Part shown: in pieces, positions 51,582 to 64,000 of the stretch | Layout of the letters: each line of letters starts with the position of its first letter | How positions within the stretch are numbered: position 1 is the first letter of the stretch | Assembly: GCA_905178155.1 (NCBI GenBank) | Contig: CAJINV010000001.1 | Location: 14,504,158 to 14,568,157, forward strand | Reading direction: 5' to 3' | Length of the DNA stretch: 64,000 nt | Source of the DNA: Amoebophrya sp. A120 | Taxonomy: Eukaryota > Protista > Dinoflagellata | Notes under the pieces: generated by a model | What the model was told of the DNA's origin: nothing | What the model saw: only the letters and a program-made list of their open reading frames with translations | Database searches by the model: none | Translations under genes and position numbers: made by a program

Positions 51582-53519
51582 TCACGTTGGCGCTGGCCCA
51601 AGAATCTTTTCCAGATCATGTTCCAGCTGTCGAACCCTTTTGGCGTTCCGTTCAAACTTCGCGCGCACAACTCGCGCCAAATATGAAGAATACAAGTCCT
51701 CACCGTGCTCGGCCTCTGACTCAGCAGCAGCTGATGCTTGCGCAAAAAATGGGGCGCCACTTACCGGCCACAATAGAGATTGAGGCATCAAGCAATAAGG
51801 AGTCTCAAGATAATCTTCTCCTGGAACCTGTACCACGTACCGTTTCCCAAACGCAAGAAGCGATGTAGCCGGAAAAGCCGCACGACTTGCTTCGATGAAA
51901 GAAAACGCAGCGTCGAGCGAGCGACACGCGACATGTAGAATGAAAGGCTCAAAACGTACCCAGTATACCGCCGGCTCATGGCTCGGATGGACAAGACTTT
52001 GCGCGACGTTACATTGCGCTGTGGGAAGAACCGGGCCGCGAGTAGCTCCAGAACCGCGGTCGCAACCAGCGTTTTCTCCACCAAAGCACATCGGCGTTTC
52101 TCTTTCATCTTCCGCTTCTTCCTTTGCCACTTCACGCAGCACGGGTAGATCTTGCTTCTCCGCAGCTCGACGACGCACTGCGACCAAAAAATCGCCGTCC
52201 TTGTTTTTTTCAGTGGTCCGTTGTGTGACTTGTTCTCGACGGACTGAGCAGCGCGTCTCCGCTATCAGAGTGGAGGTACTACAGAGAGCAGCGCTTCCCT
52301 CGGGTCGACATGTTCGCTGAATCCGATCCTGCAGCGCTCCTTTGGGGTTCCATTCTTCTGGAGTGTGACAAACATGAAACCGCCAGTCGTCGTGATGAGA
52401 AACATATTTTTTGGATGGCGGGCCGACATCTTTGAGACTTGCAGTCGTTTTTGGATTGGACTCGGATAATTCGGTGGTCGTCCATAAATACGCACGACCG
52501 CTGCAAGAGCTGAGAGTGCAAAAGTCATCTACAGCGTTAACTTTGTTCAGCAACGGGACAATGGATGCATCCCAGGACTTTTTCCCTGACTTGTCGACCT
52601 TCCCCAGAATCACGTGCTTCTCGTTGGGAAACGTTCTCCAGATTTCGTGTGCGCTCCTTCTATGACTATGACACGCAGGGCGCAAATCATGGCACGTAGG
52701 TTCGCCACGGTGAATAAGGTAGTTGATATATCTACTCCCCGGGCCCGGCGGCACTGAGTTATCGTGCTTGTGCAGTTGTTGCTCGGGCTCGGGCTGCCCT
52801 CTTCGGATTAGATGACCGCCTTGTTCAGCTGCATTTTCAGCAAAAGCGCGGGGCTCTGGAGTGTTCCAATTCAACATAGGTCCCCGGTTTTCGCTCTCTT
52901 TGCCAGTTTCTTCTGAAGATGCAGAAATCTCGATGTCGCGAAAGGTACTACGAGTTGCAGTTGGACACATCGAGTCTGTTGCTTGCTTATGCTGGCCATT
53001 GTCCTCGCCTATGGTGGTCCTAGTTCGATTTATGTCTCTGGCGGGCAGCGTCACCGTATCTGGTGCAACGCGAAATGGAGAAGTGGTCCCGCGACTCTGA
53101 CTCTCGCCCGTCGAATGATTTGCACGAGACTGGTCTGGCCCATGACCACGGCGGCTGTCGAGGCCACCTAGCATTGGACGAGAATGAAGAGCTCGTCCAC
53201 GTGAGCGGGTGTCCACAAGAGAAATAAGCTTAGCAGCTCTCACACCGTGCATGCAAATTTCATATTTGGCTTTGTCGTTGGTCTGACAGCTTGTCCCCGT
53301 TTCGGTCTCCGCTCTTACGGTCTTCATCGGGGTGTTTGCAGATGTTGGCTTTGCGGACTCGTGGCACATCGAACTTTTGTTCGTCGTAACGAGAGTATGC
53401 TCATGCCGCGCCAGGCGATTGAATGTCATCGACAGGAAGAGCGGACGCTGCTGGTAGAGGAGTCGCCGGCACATCCTCGAAAACGGTATAAGGAGCATCT
53501 GGCTTGTCGTTGTCACCAA
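51582..53519 (-). CDS. TYW3: tRNA wybutosine-synthesising protein 3 (methyltransferase) with N-terminal extension; start uncertain
   Basis: VDKSGKKSWDASIVPLLNKVN..DDFCTLSSCSGR and RFEPFILHVACRSLDAA are TYW3 signature blocks; C-terminal KFERNAKRV. Confidence 0.88.
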   Translation of the reverse strand: MVTTTSQMLLIPFSRMCRRLLYQQRPLFLSMTFNRLARHEHTLVTTNKSSMCHESAKPTSANTPMKTVRAETETGTSCQTNDKAKYEICMHGVRAAKLISLVDTRSRGRALHSRPMLGGLDSRRGHGPDQSRANHSTGESQSRGTTSPFRVAPDTVTLPARDINRTRTTIGEDNGQHKQATDSMCPTATRSTFRDIEISASSEETGKESENRGPMLNWNTPEPRAFAENAAEQGGHLIRRGQPEPEQQLHKHDNSVPPGPGSRYINYLIHRGEPTCHDLRPACHSHRRSAHEIWRTFPNEKHVILGKVDKSGKKSWDASIVPLLNKVNAVDDFCTLSSCSGRAYLWTTTELSESNPKTTASLKDVGPPSKKYVSHHDDWRFHVCHTPEEWNPKGALQDRIQRTCRPEGSAALCSTSTLIAETRCSVRREQVTQRTTEKNKDGDFLVAVRRRAAEKQDLPVLREVAKEEAEDERETPMCFGGENAGCDRGSGATRGPVLPTAQCNVAQSLVHPSHEPAVYWVRFEPFILHVACRSLDAAFSFIEASRAAFPATSLLAFGKRYVVQVPGEDYLETPYCLMPQSLLWPVSGAPFFAQASAAAESEAEHGEDLYSSYLARVVRAKFERNAKRVRQLEHDLEKILGPAPT

Positions 53520-54778
53520 ACCGAATTTACAACTCCGTTCTACCTGCCCTTATTTCAACTCCCTTTTGCACCATTTGAGTACCAGTTAAAGTTATTCCCA
53601 GCTGTCGTAATTGATATTGTCCTCTATACTCTATATCGATATACGTTTTTTTTTATTTTTGGGGTTCCTCCTTATCACGGTGCAAGATGTGTGGGGGCAG
53701 GTGTTTCTTTTGTGGATTGATCCTACTCGACTTCGGTTTTCTTCTGTTCGTGTTCGCAACCCACTGTCAAACAGCACCAGGATCAGAGACACTTAATGAT
53801 CCTAAGTTGTAGCAGCTGGCTTAAGTAGTACTTTAGCTTTTCTTTCAAATTGAGTGCGCCTCGGCTCCTTCATGATCAAAGTTTGACCATCAATACAAAT
53901 CATGAAGATCACGACTACAAAGAAATACAGTACGAAACAAGTTTCTTTGATAGTCGTGGAGGTTGTTATCAGTGCAACAACGAAGAACAACATAGATGAA
54001 CACTTGACTCAGACAGTTCTGAGTGGTTGCTCCACGTCGCAAAACCACTCTCGCCGGACGACGAGCAAAATTTAACACAAACGAGCACGATCTCTCATGT
54101 GCAAAAGTGGCAAAAATAAATGTACACACAAAGTGAGCATCCAACTCTGATGACAACCACAATACTATACATGCTGAAAAAAGATGCCAGAAAATTAATG
54201 CACGTAGCTTCTTTAATATCTGTCAAGAAAGAGAAGCATGAGCTGCTGTTGTTGTTTTAACGTCATGCCATGCGGTTTGTGATTTAAATTGTGACAGATT
54301 TGGGACGGATTTGGGACGGCCAGCATTTTCTGATTCTGGGCGCCCCAAACCGGTCATATGGCCAAGCCATGGCGGGGCGGTGCGGGACGTGGCGGCAGGG
54401 CTAACACGCGTGTTTTGCACGTGTTCTACGGCTTGGGCAGAACCTCAGTAGAGAGTTACAAAAATAAAAGCATTTTGAAGTAAACAACATAAAACTAAAA
54501 CTAAAAAGCACTACGCTAAGAAAACTACTTCCTGTTTTGAAAATTAGATAATCATAGTGTGGAACTTGCACTCATGTGTTTAAATCTGGAAGTGGAATCA
54601 TGTGCAAGGGCGAAAGCAATAGAAGGCATCTTTGTGCAGAAAGGAAAATAAGCATGACAGAAATGAAGGAAGAGGAGGAAAAGGAAGGAGCAGAGCGTTT
54701 CATTTTTTGCGTTCTGGTGGTCTGCTGGTGATGAACGTCTTCACAGAACCTAAACCAAACGCTGCGAAAGTACGGCCA

Positions 54779-56053
54779 TCAAGCTCGCGTCAAAACAATC
54801 CCTTGAGACAAAACGGTACTACCCCCTTCGTTCATCTCGTACAGCAGCGCGGCGAAAGCAGCAGGACTCTGGCCAAGTTGTCTGTATCGAATCACCCGGC
54901 AGCCACTTCTGCTTGGCCTCCTTGACGCATCCAGCTCTGGCACACCTGCGACGGAACCCGACGCCGTTTCGCCTTCGCCGACGCACCACGACAACGACCA
55001 AATGTCGCCGTCGATTGTGTCTGTGATGGTTTTTTCTTGGCCCTCGCGACCATACATCTGTGGTAGTCGCCCGATCAGCAGCTCGGTCCTGCTAACGTAG
55101 CCCTCGGATTCGTCCTTGCTCCTCATGCTCATGCAGCTGTCTTCGTTTTCATCGACATCAGAGTCAGCAGCAGACGAATGCAGGTCCTCGTCATCATCTT
55201 GATCGACGAAGGAATTCATGTCGGGGCCACCAGCTGCCGCTGCTGATCCGAGGGCGGCTGCTGAACCGGCCGCGGCGTAAAATTGTTCGGCGATGCTCAA
55301 CCACCACTGTTTCACGGCTCCCGCGTCCATGTTCTTTTGCAAACGCGATGGCCTACTCCTGACGTCTCCACTTCCGCTGCTCCAGGTCGATGGCGAACTT
55401 GCGTAGTTGTTGAAGAAATTGTTGACTCTTACCCCTTCAGTACCACCGTGGTAAAGATCCTCTAGTAACTCCACATCGTGGTCTGCGGCTACTTTTGCAT
55501 CAACGTGTTCGTCTAGCTCAGGAGCGTGTATCACCACTTGTGCGACGTCGTGGTGCGCGACCCCGACCACGACAGCACTGCCCGGCGCATATTTCGAAAG
55601 TGTACGTTTCGTACTTCGCTGCTCAAGGGGAGTGTCCTCCAGACAATGAGCGTCGTGAGCGGCCTCATGCAGCTGCTCCTCGTCCGATGTAGATGTAGTC
55701 CGTTTCGCCTTTGATGGAGCTGTACTGCTTATAGAATGGCGCTGGCGATCATCATCTTCATGATCATCGACATCGTCCGGAGCAGAAATTATTCCGACTG
55801 GTGATTCGTTCCCGCCGTTGCTCGTTCGCTCCTCGTCCTCCTGTCGGCCGTCGACAGACTCCGCCGGGTCTTGTCGATGTTCTTGTTGAAAACGAGGGGA
55901 GCTACCTGCAGCATCGGCCCCATTGCCATTCGACGCAGACTTCGAATCAAGCAAGGGACTTGCAGATGTAGGATCCTCATTCTGATCTTCGCTCGCAACT
56001 TCATGGGGTTCGCACTTCAGCTTCAGGTTTTCGTTTTGCTTCTGGGATTTCAA
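54779..56053 (-). CDS. Hypothetical acidic, low-complexity protein (exon or gene)
   Basis: 424-codon ORF with protein-like composition; no motif recognised. Confidence 0.45.
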   Translation of the reverse strand: MKSQKQNENLKLKCEPHEVASEDQNEDPTSASPLLDSKSASNGNGADAAGSSPRFQQEHRQDPAESVDGRQEDEERTSNGGNESPVGIISAPDDVDDHEDDDRQRHSISSTAPSKAKRTTSTSDEEQLHEAAHDAHCLEDTPLEQRSTKRTLSKYAPGSAVVVGVAHHDVAQVVIHAPELDEHVDAKVAADHDVELLEDLYHGGTEGVRVNNFFNNYASSPSTWSSGSGDVRSRPSRLQKNMDAGAVKQWWLSIAEQFYAAAGSAAALGSAAAAGGPDMNSFVDQDDDEDLHSSAADSDVDENEDSCMSMRSKDESEGYVSRTELLIGRLPQMYGREGQEKTITDTIDGDIWSLSWCVGEGETASGSVAGVPELDASRRPSRSGCRVIRYRQLGQSPAAFAALLYEMNEGGSTVLSQGIVLTRA

Positions 56054-57104
56054 TCCAAGGAAGACAAGGATACTGATGACTAAACATCCTGCCAGGAAGC
56101 CGAAAAACCGCGCGAATACAGAAGGCCGAGAGAAGGAAAACCTGAGAGAAACAGATGTTTTATGTTTATTTATTTTTTTTTATATGATTTTCATTTTTGC
56201 CATTGCCTTCGTGATACTGACATCCTCCATAAATCATACTACTAGTAGCGATACCGGATCCCGTACTAATTTTCGAGAAATATGCACCTCCCCCTGTCAT
56301 GTTTAGACTTCTACCTGCTCATGCGCGCGCACAAGTACGAAGTACCCCCCTCCCTGAAATTTCTACACTTCTCCGACAACGAATACTCTGCGTAATCTTC
56401 ACCTCCAAATGACCGACTGACATGTGCACGGTTCTACAACTTGTGCTGCGTCTAGCGGCGGCGTGAAAGAGTCGGAATGGATATCATGGAAGCAATTATA
56501 CATAGTGGGCGGATCACAAACCTCATGGCTAACAAACTGCCCACCGGCACCGGGGTTGCTTATCATCTACGGATAAACCGGCCGGTTGGAGGTCCGTATC
56601 TCCGGCGCCCCAAACCCAGATCTTTTCCTACGAGTCCGTCGTCGGCACTGTCGCCCGCCCTGGTCCAGCAAATACGGGGCTCCCCCGCCCGCGACGCGCA
56701 ACGGCAAAGCCCTTTTTCGGGAATCCTTTTGTCACCGGCACCGGCGCGGCGTATCCCTTTGTCGGGAATCGCGGGCAGGCGCGCTGCGCTGTCGCGCGCC
56801 GCACTCACTGGTCAGCGCACCCACTCCAGCTTGCGAGTGAGGGCGCTGCAGCAACGGAGCGTGACTTTTCGGTCAGGACGTCAGAACCAACGAACCGGAC
56901 AGCTTCTATCTTCGACGCTTACTTGAGGATGAGGGTTGATGTGAGCTTGCTCTAAAACATTGATTTTCCTTGGGATTCACCGAAATAAATCAGCTGTCGT
57001 ATTTCGTACATGCATTCACTGTCATTGAGTGAACAGGCAATATATTTCGTCTTATTTCATTCATATCTCAATCTCAGCAAATGCTGCGCCTGAGGGTGAC
57101 AATA

Positions 57105-59900
57105 TTAACACATATTTATCTTGTACCAGCCGGTCTGGAACTCCTGTATATTGTCGTTGTCGTCTCTGAGGAAGTCACGATTCGCTGTGTGCTTGCTGTC
57201 CCGCGCTGGTGCTCGAGCAGCTGCGGGCTGCGCTTCGTAAAGACCACTCCTGTGATCTAGCTTAACTGCCTCTCCATCTCGGCCGAGCACGTCTGACATG
57301 TTTTCATGCTTTAATCCACTAGCAACAGCATCTGCCTCTGCGTCGCTGGAGTGCCGCTGTCCAACTCCAAGTTGTTGCATTTGTTGTTCACGTAAGAAGA
57401 TAACGGAATCATCAGACCCCTGCTGGTGCTGCAGCATCTTCCGGCTCGGCTTGGTTCTTTTGGCTTGTCCATCTTCCTCTTCGACCATCCCTGCGTAGCT
57501 TGGGGTTCTGTGCTGCTTTGTGATTTCCGGTACGCGTACGACCGGTTTCCGCATCTCTGCTGTGGTGCGTGAGTCGTCAAGAACGACAGCGCCCATACTC
57601 GGATCATGATCTACTTCATGACGACTGGCTCCGTCTTTGAAGACGTGTTTCGCAGCCTTGTCCTTGCGGCGTGCGTCGTGAAGATCATCATCACGATCAT
57701 CAGCACCATTTTTGCTTTCGTTATTTTTCGACAAGGGGGAGGACGACTTCTCGCTCGCGCGTTCTTCTGCCGCTATAGCCAATGGCACTGCGATTTCTTC
57801 CTTCTCGTGAGCAGGTCCTCGTCTTCCTGTTGCTGCCGATTCAAGTAGCCCTGGCCGTTGCATGTCAGCATCGTGTAGTAGAGCAACCCGCGCTGGCTCT
57901 CCTCCAAGACTCTCGCGTTGCAGCGGGTCTTGCTTGGTGAACGCGCTGTCGATTGTGACACGAGGTGAGGGCAGTATTTCGTTGATGTTGCTCGAGCTCG
58001 ACGTGGTCTCAGCGCTGGCCTGATCGGAACCGGCGTTGTTGCGACTGCTTTTGTCCCCCGTGGTCCATGTGCTGTCATGCCTGTGCTTCGAAGCCCGAGG
58101 AAATCGAAATATCCGGCGCGTACTCCGCGGCAAGCGAAAGTGTTGGACAGCAGACCGAACGTTGAATCCATGGACGTCCTCCATGCGATTACAAATTGGT
58201 GCACTTCTTGAAGACACGCACTGGGCCCGACGAAAAAGGCGTGAAAAAAAAGACACAGGAGCAGCATTCGCAAGAATGACAGTGCCAGTAGTTTTTTCCA
58301 CCGATGGAGTACGAGTAGGAGTAGTTGAATTATTCCCAGTTGCAGCTACTGGAACCGCAGGGGAATCCTGTTGCAGTTGCTGCCAAGAAATGCCGGCCGC
58401 GCCTGCCACTCCAAGCACTGGCTGCTCTTTAACTTGTACCATCATCCCAGCCTGTCGCTCACGATCATCTTCATGGGGTTCCCTGCCGCTCTTAGTACAA
58501 GATTTTGTCGTGGCTCCATCCGTAACCGTAACATTTCTTCTGTCATCTACGAAATGCGATTTCGAGGTCGTTTGGTGCTCATTCAGTAAACCAGTGCTGT
58601 GCGTGATCAGATTAATATTTGTTGGTCCGCAACAAGCTGCGCTGGCAGACGCAGATGCTGGCGTAAGCCGTCTGGTTGTTCTGACCATGTGGATCATGGT
58701 TAGCGAGAAAGTGTCCCACGACAGAACCAGTTCGCTAGTGACGCGCTCCTCCAGCTCTAGTCCTAAATCTGCATCACCTTCGTCTCGTCCTACCTCTTCA
58801 TTTTTCCGCATGGCATACCGGCGACGAACTTGTTCTTGTTGAACAGATTGAAGACGTAACAAGCGGTCCCACGTGTTCAAGGACAAGGTGACTGTGCCAT
58901 CCGAGCGGCGCAGAAGCTCGGTGACGGCAACTGGAACTTCCGCAAGAACACCAATATTCGTGCTGTTCCGGGACCAGGAGGGCAGCGCTGTGTCATTTGG
59001 AGGCACCACTGCGGAAATAATTCGAGTGCGGTTGAGGATGAGCACGACTCCGGTGTCATGTTGACCTGGCATGATTGGACGAGTTGAGAAAATTTATTCT
59101 GTTTGTTTCTCCTTGGTTCGGAGAGTCCTCTGAAAAATCAAAAATACAAATTAAAATTAGTAGGCTCTTCCGAAAAATAAAAAGAAAAATATGTAAATGT
59201 AGACGAAAGAAAGTCGAATCTGTACCAAAGTAGCAAAACGTAAATACAGTACTGATACTTTCTGGTAAATCTGCTGGCAGTGCCAGAACCTCTCGGTCGT
59301 ACATCTGGAGTTGCGCGCGCGGACTCAGAAGCCCGGCATCAAAAACAGCAGCAGATTGCCAGACGGTGTCTTCTGCTGAAGTGGTCAGTGCCGTCGATGA
59401 ACTTATCACCATCATCACAGCCGAAGGCAAAGAACTCTGGCGGTACGCATAGTGCACGCCAGCGTCGTGGATCCACATACGGCTCGTGTCGGATTTCCTG
59501 TTCGTGACAGCGAAGCTTTCCCCCGCTCCACCCGAAGATGGTAGGCCGGGTCCTTGTTTAGCCTCCTCTTCGTGTGGGTCTCGCTCCTCTCGTGATTGAT
59601 CACTACGGAGGGAAACTGAAAGCAGAAACTCAAGGTCTCCAGCCCGATGAGTTTTGAACTCACTGCTCCATTCAAACCGCATCGAGTCGTTAATATCCCG
59701 AATGACTTCGCGCCCCTTTTGGGCTAAACGTAACAACGACTCTGGAATCGACATTCCAAAATGCTTGATGCAATCGTCGTTGGCCTGCCACGTAAGGGCA
59801 ACGCCAATAAGGGCCCACACGGGCATTGCCGACGAACCCGAATTTACAAGGAGTAGCTCTCACGAGAAGATCCAGAAGATCAGCAATAAAAATATTTATA
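57105..59900 (-). CDS. Hypothetical protein, probably multi-exon
   Basis: ORFs 57105-59072 (655 aa) and 59056-59826 separated by an AT-rich intron-like stretch near 59090-59230; no motif recognised. Confidence 0.5.
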
Positions 59901-61169
59901 TCGATAATCTCCAAAGTAGTGTCGCTCTTAGTTCAACACCTTCTAAACGGAAGAATCTGTGAGAAAGCTAGAAAAGGACCACAAGCTCCTCATACATCTC
60001 ACAAATGCAAGATGACGGATTCTCGACTACTACTGGGACTGAGCTGTCTGAAGGTGAATCTATGCTACATATAAAAAAAAAAAGTTATTTCGTACGATGA
60101 GCTGATCGACTGCCTCAATTCAGCTGCTGGGTATCCACAAAGAAAGACACACTCTGCGAGGATTTATGATAAAAATATAGACGATGAGCCGCCTTCATAT
60201 CTGTCTTTTTGTAGAGAGCGCGAGCAGGATGTTTGTCGACACAACATCACCACAGACGAATATACTCCATCTTCGACTTTCATACGAATACTGAGGACAT
60301 CACGACCCACGATCACGAATGATTGTTTATCTTAATACTTCACGACGAACCCGGAGTCTATATATCTGCACCTGCAGAGGATCAAGACATACTTCCTCCC
60401 ACGATTCGAACGACTCGGACGGAAGAAGCAAACGAGGACTGCGCTAGCTCTTAAAAGGCGGCATCGATATCGGCGCGGCTGGTGGCTAGAAATTGATTTT
60501 TTTTGTTCTTTGTCATTTTTTAACAACTGCGCACGCATGTTCCCGAGCTGCTATATTAAGCATTGAAGCTTCGCCCGCGGTCAGCGGAAACGTATTACGC
60601 GGACGCTGGCATCGCTTCAGGCCGGGAAGAAGACGAAACAAACGAAAAGACCAGGGCCAGGGGGCTTGCTATCCTTGCTTTTTCATAACAACATCAAATA
60701 AAAGTAGAGAAATTTGCTCGGATCGGTTACAGGGTTTTTTGCAATAGCGGCCTGTTGCAATTTCGTATTTCTAACAAGAACACGACCAGCGGGAACAGGC
60801 ACTTGAAAGAATCTTTATGACGTGGATCTGTCATGCTCTCACCTGCGACACTTCCCCAGTGGCAGCGCACAACCTCAGCCGTAACAAGACAGATCTACGT
60901 ACGTGATTTTCATTTTCTTCTCTCGCGCTACAACTTCTTCCAGGTCCTGCTTGTCTTTGAAACTAGAACTACGCTGGTGCAGGTGCGGGATAATCAAATA
61001 GAAATTTACTCTTCATCTTCCACTGGTAGGCTCAGGTTGCAGCTGCTACTTCTCTTTGCAGTTGCTCAGCTAACTTCTACTGGTAGGCAACCTACCAGAA
61101 AGCGAAAGGGCATCCCTACATGAGGGCGGCTGCAGGGAAAATTAAAGGAAACAGAAAGGGCATGGCTAT

Positions 61170-64000
61170 ATGAGTCCCCCCCTAAGCGCGATGATCTATG
61201 TGTATGTCGTCGCGGGCCAGAGGGCAAAAAAATTTGAAAACCTGAAAGCCAACCAACTCAATACGGACAACCCCCAGTTTGAGTGCTACCTGTGTCCTCG
61301 AAGAGGTGCAGTTTATTTATGGGCACAGCCTATATATTAAACTAAACGAAGAGGGCTCGCTAATAACACCCCCCAGCGGGCGCGCGCGAATCTCTGTCCT
61401 GGCCGTGGCCGGCCAGAGGGAAGACCAAACTCGAAACCTGAAAGCCGACCAATCCAACACTACGGCCCACCCGCCCCAGCCCGCTTAGTGTGTATAAATA
61501 TCTGTCCTTGAGTTGCATGTCTTTGGCCGCAATCTAAAATGCTAGATCGCGACGTCGCCCTCCGGCGCGCGAGTATCTCTGTCCTGGCCGTGGTCGGCCA
61601 GAGGAAAGACAAGCCCCGAAACCTGAAGAATGAAAATCGACCTATCCAGTACGGACCACCCCCAGCCCGCTACAGAATCTCTGTCCTAGATTTTTTTTAC
61701 AGTTCCCTGGCCGCAATCTAGGAAGCTAGATCATGAAAAGGCTTCGGCAGCGTGGCCCCCCCCGCCGGAAGTATCTCTGTCCTGGCCATGCTCCTGCTCG
61801 ACCCGGGGCGGAAACGACGCAAAAACCCAACCAAGGAAGGCCCGGGTGGCTGGGTACTCAAAGAGACTGACCCGCCCGCGCATTGGTATCTCTGTCCTGG
61901 CCACGTTCGAACAGGGAAACAGAAGACGGAAAAACCCGAAGCATAACCACCTGGATAAGGAAGCTTCCCAGCGCATTGCCCGGCATCTCTCTCCTGGCCG
62001 CCTTCGACTAGGGGAGAAAAAGGCGCAAAAGCCCGAAGGCCGTTGGACCGGAAAAGGACACCCCGCAGAGCGCATTGGTATCGCTGTCCTGGCCATCTTC
62101 GGAACGGCTGGGGGAGAAAAAGGCGCAAAAACCCAAATGCCGCTTGACTCCGGAATAAGGAGTAAGGACACTCATCCCCCAGCTCAGTGGTGCCTCCGTT
62201 CTGGCCATGTTCGACCAGGGGAGAAAAGTCGAAAAGGCCTGATCATGAAAACTTTTTTTCGCTAGTCGGGCCCCCCAGCGCGCGAGTACCTCCGTCCTGG
62301 CCGTGGTCGACCAGAAGGGCAAAAAACGCCAGAGCCCGCAGCCGACCTCCAGCCCGGTACTGAGACCTCCCGCCCCGCTTGCTATCCCTCTCCTGGAGTT
62401 GCAATCCCTCACTCGCATTGTAGCAAATTCGGCCAAACGATCTCGCTAATGAGGCCCCCTAGCGCGCGAGCATCTCTGTCCTCGCCATAGTAGTCGGCCG
62501 GTGGGGGGCAAAGGATTTCCCATCCTGAAAACCGACCAAGCCAAGAATGCGGAGAATCCCGAGCCTGCTTCATAGCTCTGTCTTTGAAGCGCTTCCTTCG
62601 GGGGCTGCGCGTTTTTGATACGCTGGCGCTGTGCTTGCTCTTCTATTCGTACCTGATTTACTCTTCGATGGCTTGCGGCGTACTTATGTCGTTGGGCACG
62701 CCGCTTCCGATCGTTTCTTTCGAGTTCGGAACTCTGACGAACTTCGTGCTTCCAGATGAGCCGTCTGCTCAACAAAAGTTGGCTAACTTTCCACGCCATA
62801 CATAATTAAGCCAAATTAGTAGCGTCCTGGAAAGAAATGCCCGAAATTCGTCAGCACCACCGTCGGGCCGAAGAGATTCCCGACCAGGATCGCGGGTGGA
62901 TGCCGCAGCCGCTTTTTTTGCGGCTGGCTGCACAAAACGAAAGAAACCGAAACCATGAAGACAGTTGCTGCGAGGGAATCCCCAGCGCCTGGGTATCTCT
63001 GTCCTGAGCGTAAGCGGCTGGGCGCACAAAAAGAAAGAAGAAAACCGAAACCATGGAGACAGTTGCTGCCAAGGACACCCCCCAGCGCTTGGGTATCTCT
63101 GTCCTGGGTGGCCATGCATACACACAGAGGCTGGCTAACTTTCCACGCCATACATAATTAAACCAAATTAGTAGCGGCTTGGAAAGAAATGCCCGAAATT
63201 CGTCAGCACCACCGTCGAGCCGAAGAGATTCCCGACCAGGATCGCGGGTGGATGCCGCAGCCGCTTTTTTTGCGGCTGGCCACACAAAAAGAAAGAAGCC
63301 GAAACCATGAAGACAGTTGCTGCAAAGGACACCCCCCAACGCCTGGGCATCTCTGTCCTGAGACTAAGCGGCTGGGCGCACAAAAAGAAAGAAGAAAACC
63401 GAAAGCATGAGGACCGTTGCTGCTAGAAGCCGAAACCATGAAGACAGCGGCTGCTAAGGACACCCCCCAGCGCCTGGGTATCTCTGTCCTGAGCATAAGC
63501 GGCCGGGCACACAAAAAGAAAGAAGAAAACCGAAACCATGAAGACAGTTGCTGCTAAGGACACCCCCCAGCGCTTGGCTGGATATCTCTGTCCTGGCCAT
63601 AAGCGGCTGGCCACACAAAAAGAAAGAAACCGAAACCATGAAGACAGTTGCTGCCAAGGACACCCCCCAGCGCCTGGGTATCTTCAGGGTCGAAAGAAGC
63701 CGAAACCATGAAGACAGTTGCTGCTAAGGACACCCCCCAGCGCCTGGGTATCTCTGTCCTAAGCATAAGCGGCTGGGCACACAAAAAGAAAGAAGAAAAC
63801 CGAAACCATGAAGACAGCTGCTGCGAAGGACACCCACCAGCGCTTGGGTATCTCTGTCCTGGCCATAAGCGGCTGGCCGCACAAAAAGAAAGAAACCGAA
63901 ACCATGCAGGCAGTTGCTTTTAAGGACACCCCCCAGCGCCTGGGTATCTCTGTCCTGAGCATAAGCGGCTGGGCGCACAAAAAGAAAGAAGAAAACCGAA
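61170..64000. repeat. Satellite of about 100-bp units, degenerate on the left and homogeneous from about 62930, running off the window
   Basis: Core CCCCCAGCGCCTGGGTATCTCTGTCCTG. GAAACCATG anchors at 63432, 63532, 63632, 63702, 63802 and 63898. A 352-bp duplication starts at 62781 and 63133. Confidence 0.9.

Noticed and set aside
54250-54450. Small GC-rich patch with GATTTGGGACG duplication and AACACGCGTGTT palindrome as a Helitron end
   Set aside because: No CTRR terminus at the expected distance and no definable boundaries.
1-64000. Stop-codon-reassigned genetic code (TAR=Gln, TGA=Trp) as reported for one Amoebophrya strain
   Set aside because: Long Gln-rich ORFs contain no internal TAA or TAG, MTHFS ends at TAA and WDR17 at TGA at their expected C-termini, and the TGA at 3915 is removed by a canonical intron.

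Overview
Eukaryotic nuclear DNA with spliceosomal GT-AG introns, the standard genetic code and nearly all genes on the minus strand. Gene co-orientation, a ciliary WDR17 gene and enzymes bloated by Ser/Thr/Ala-rich insertions suggest a protist, possibly an alveolate such as a syndinean (Amoebophrya-like); this assignment is inference. Recognisable genes are an alpha/beta hydrolase, a secreted GH2 glycosidase, MTHFS, WDR17, an EEP-family phosphoesterase and TYW3, plus several hypothetical multi-exon genes. At least five unrelated non-autonomous mobile elements and several satellites are interspersed. The most notable is an 888-bp terminal-inverted-repeat (TIR) element with a 9-bp target-site duplication (TSD) in the GH2 coding sequence. 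Its TIR supplies the GT donor and the duplicated target supplies the AG acceptor, so splicing would restore the reading frame exactly (an introner). Coordinates were read by eye and may be off by a few bases.
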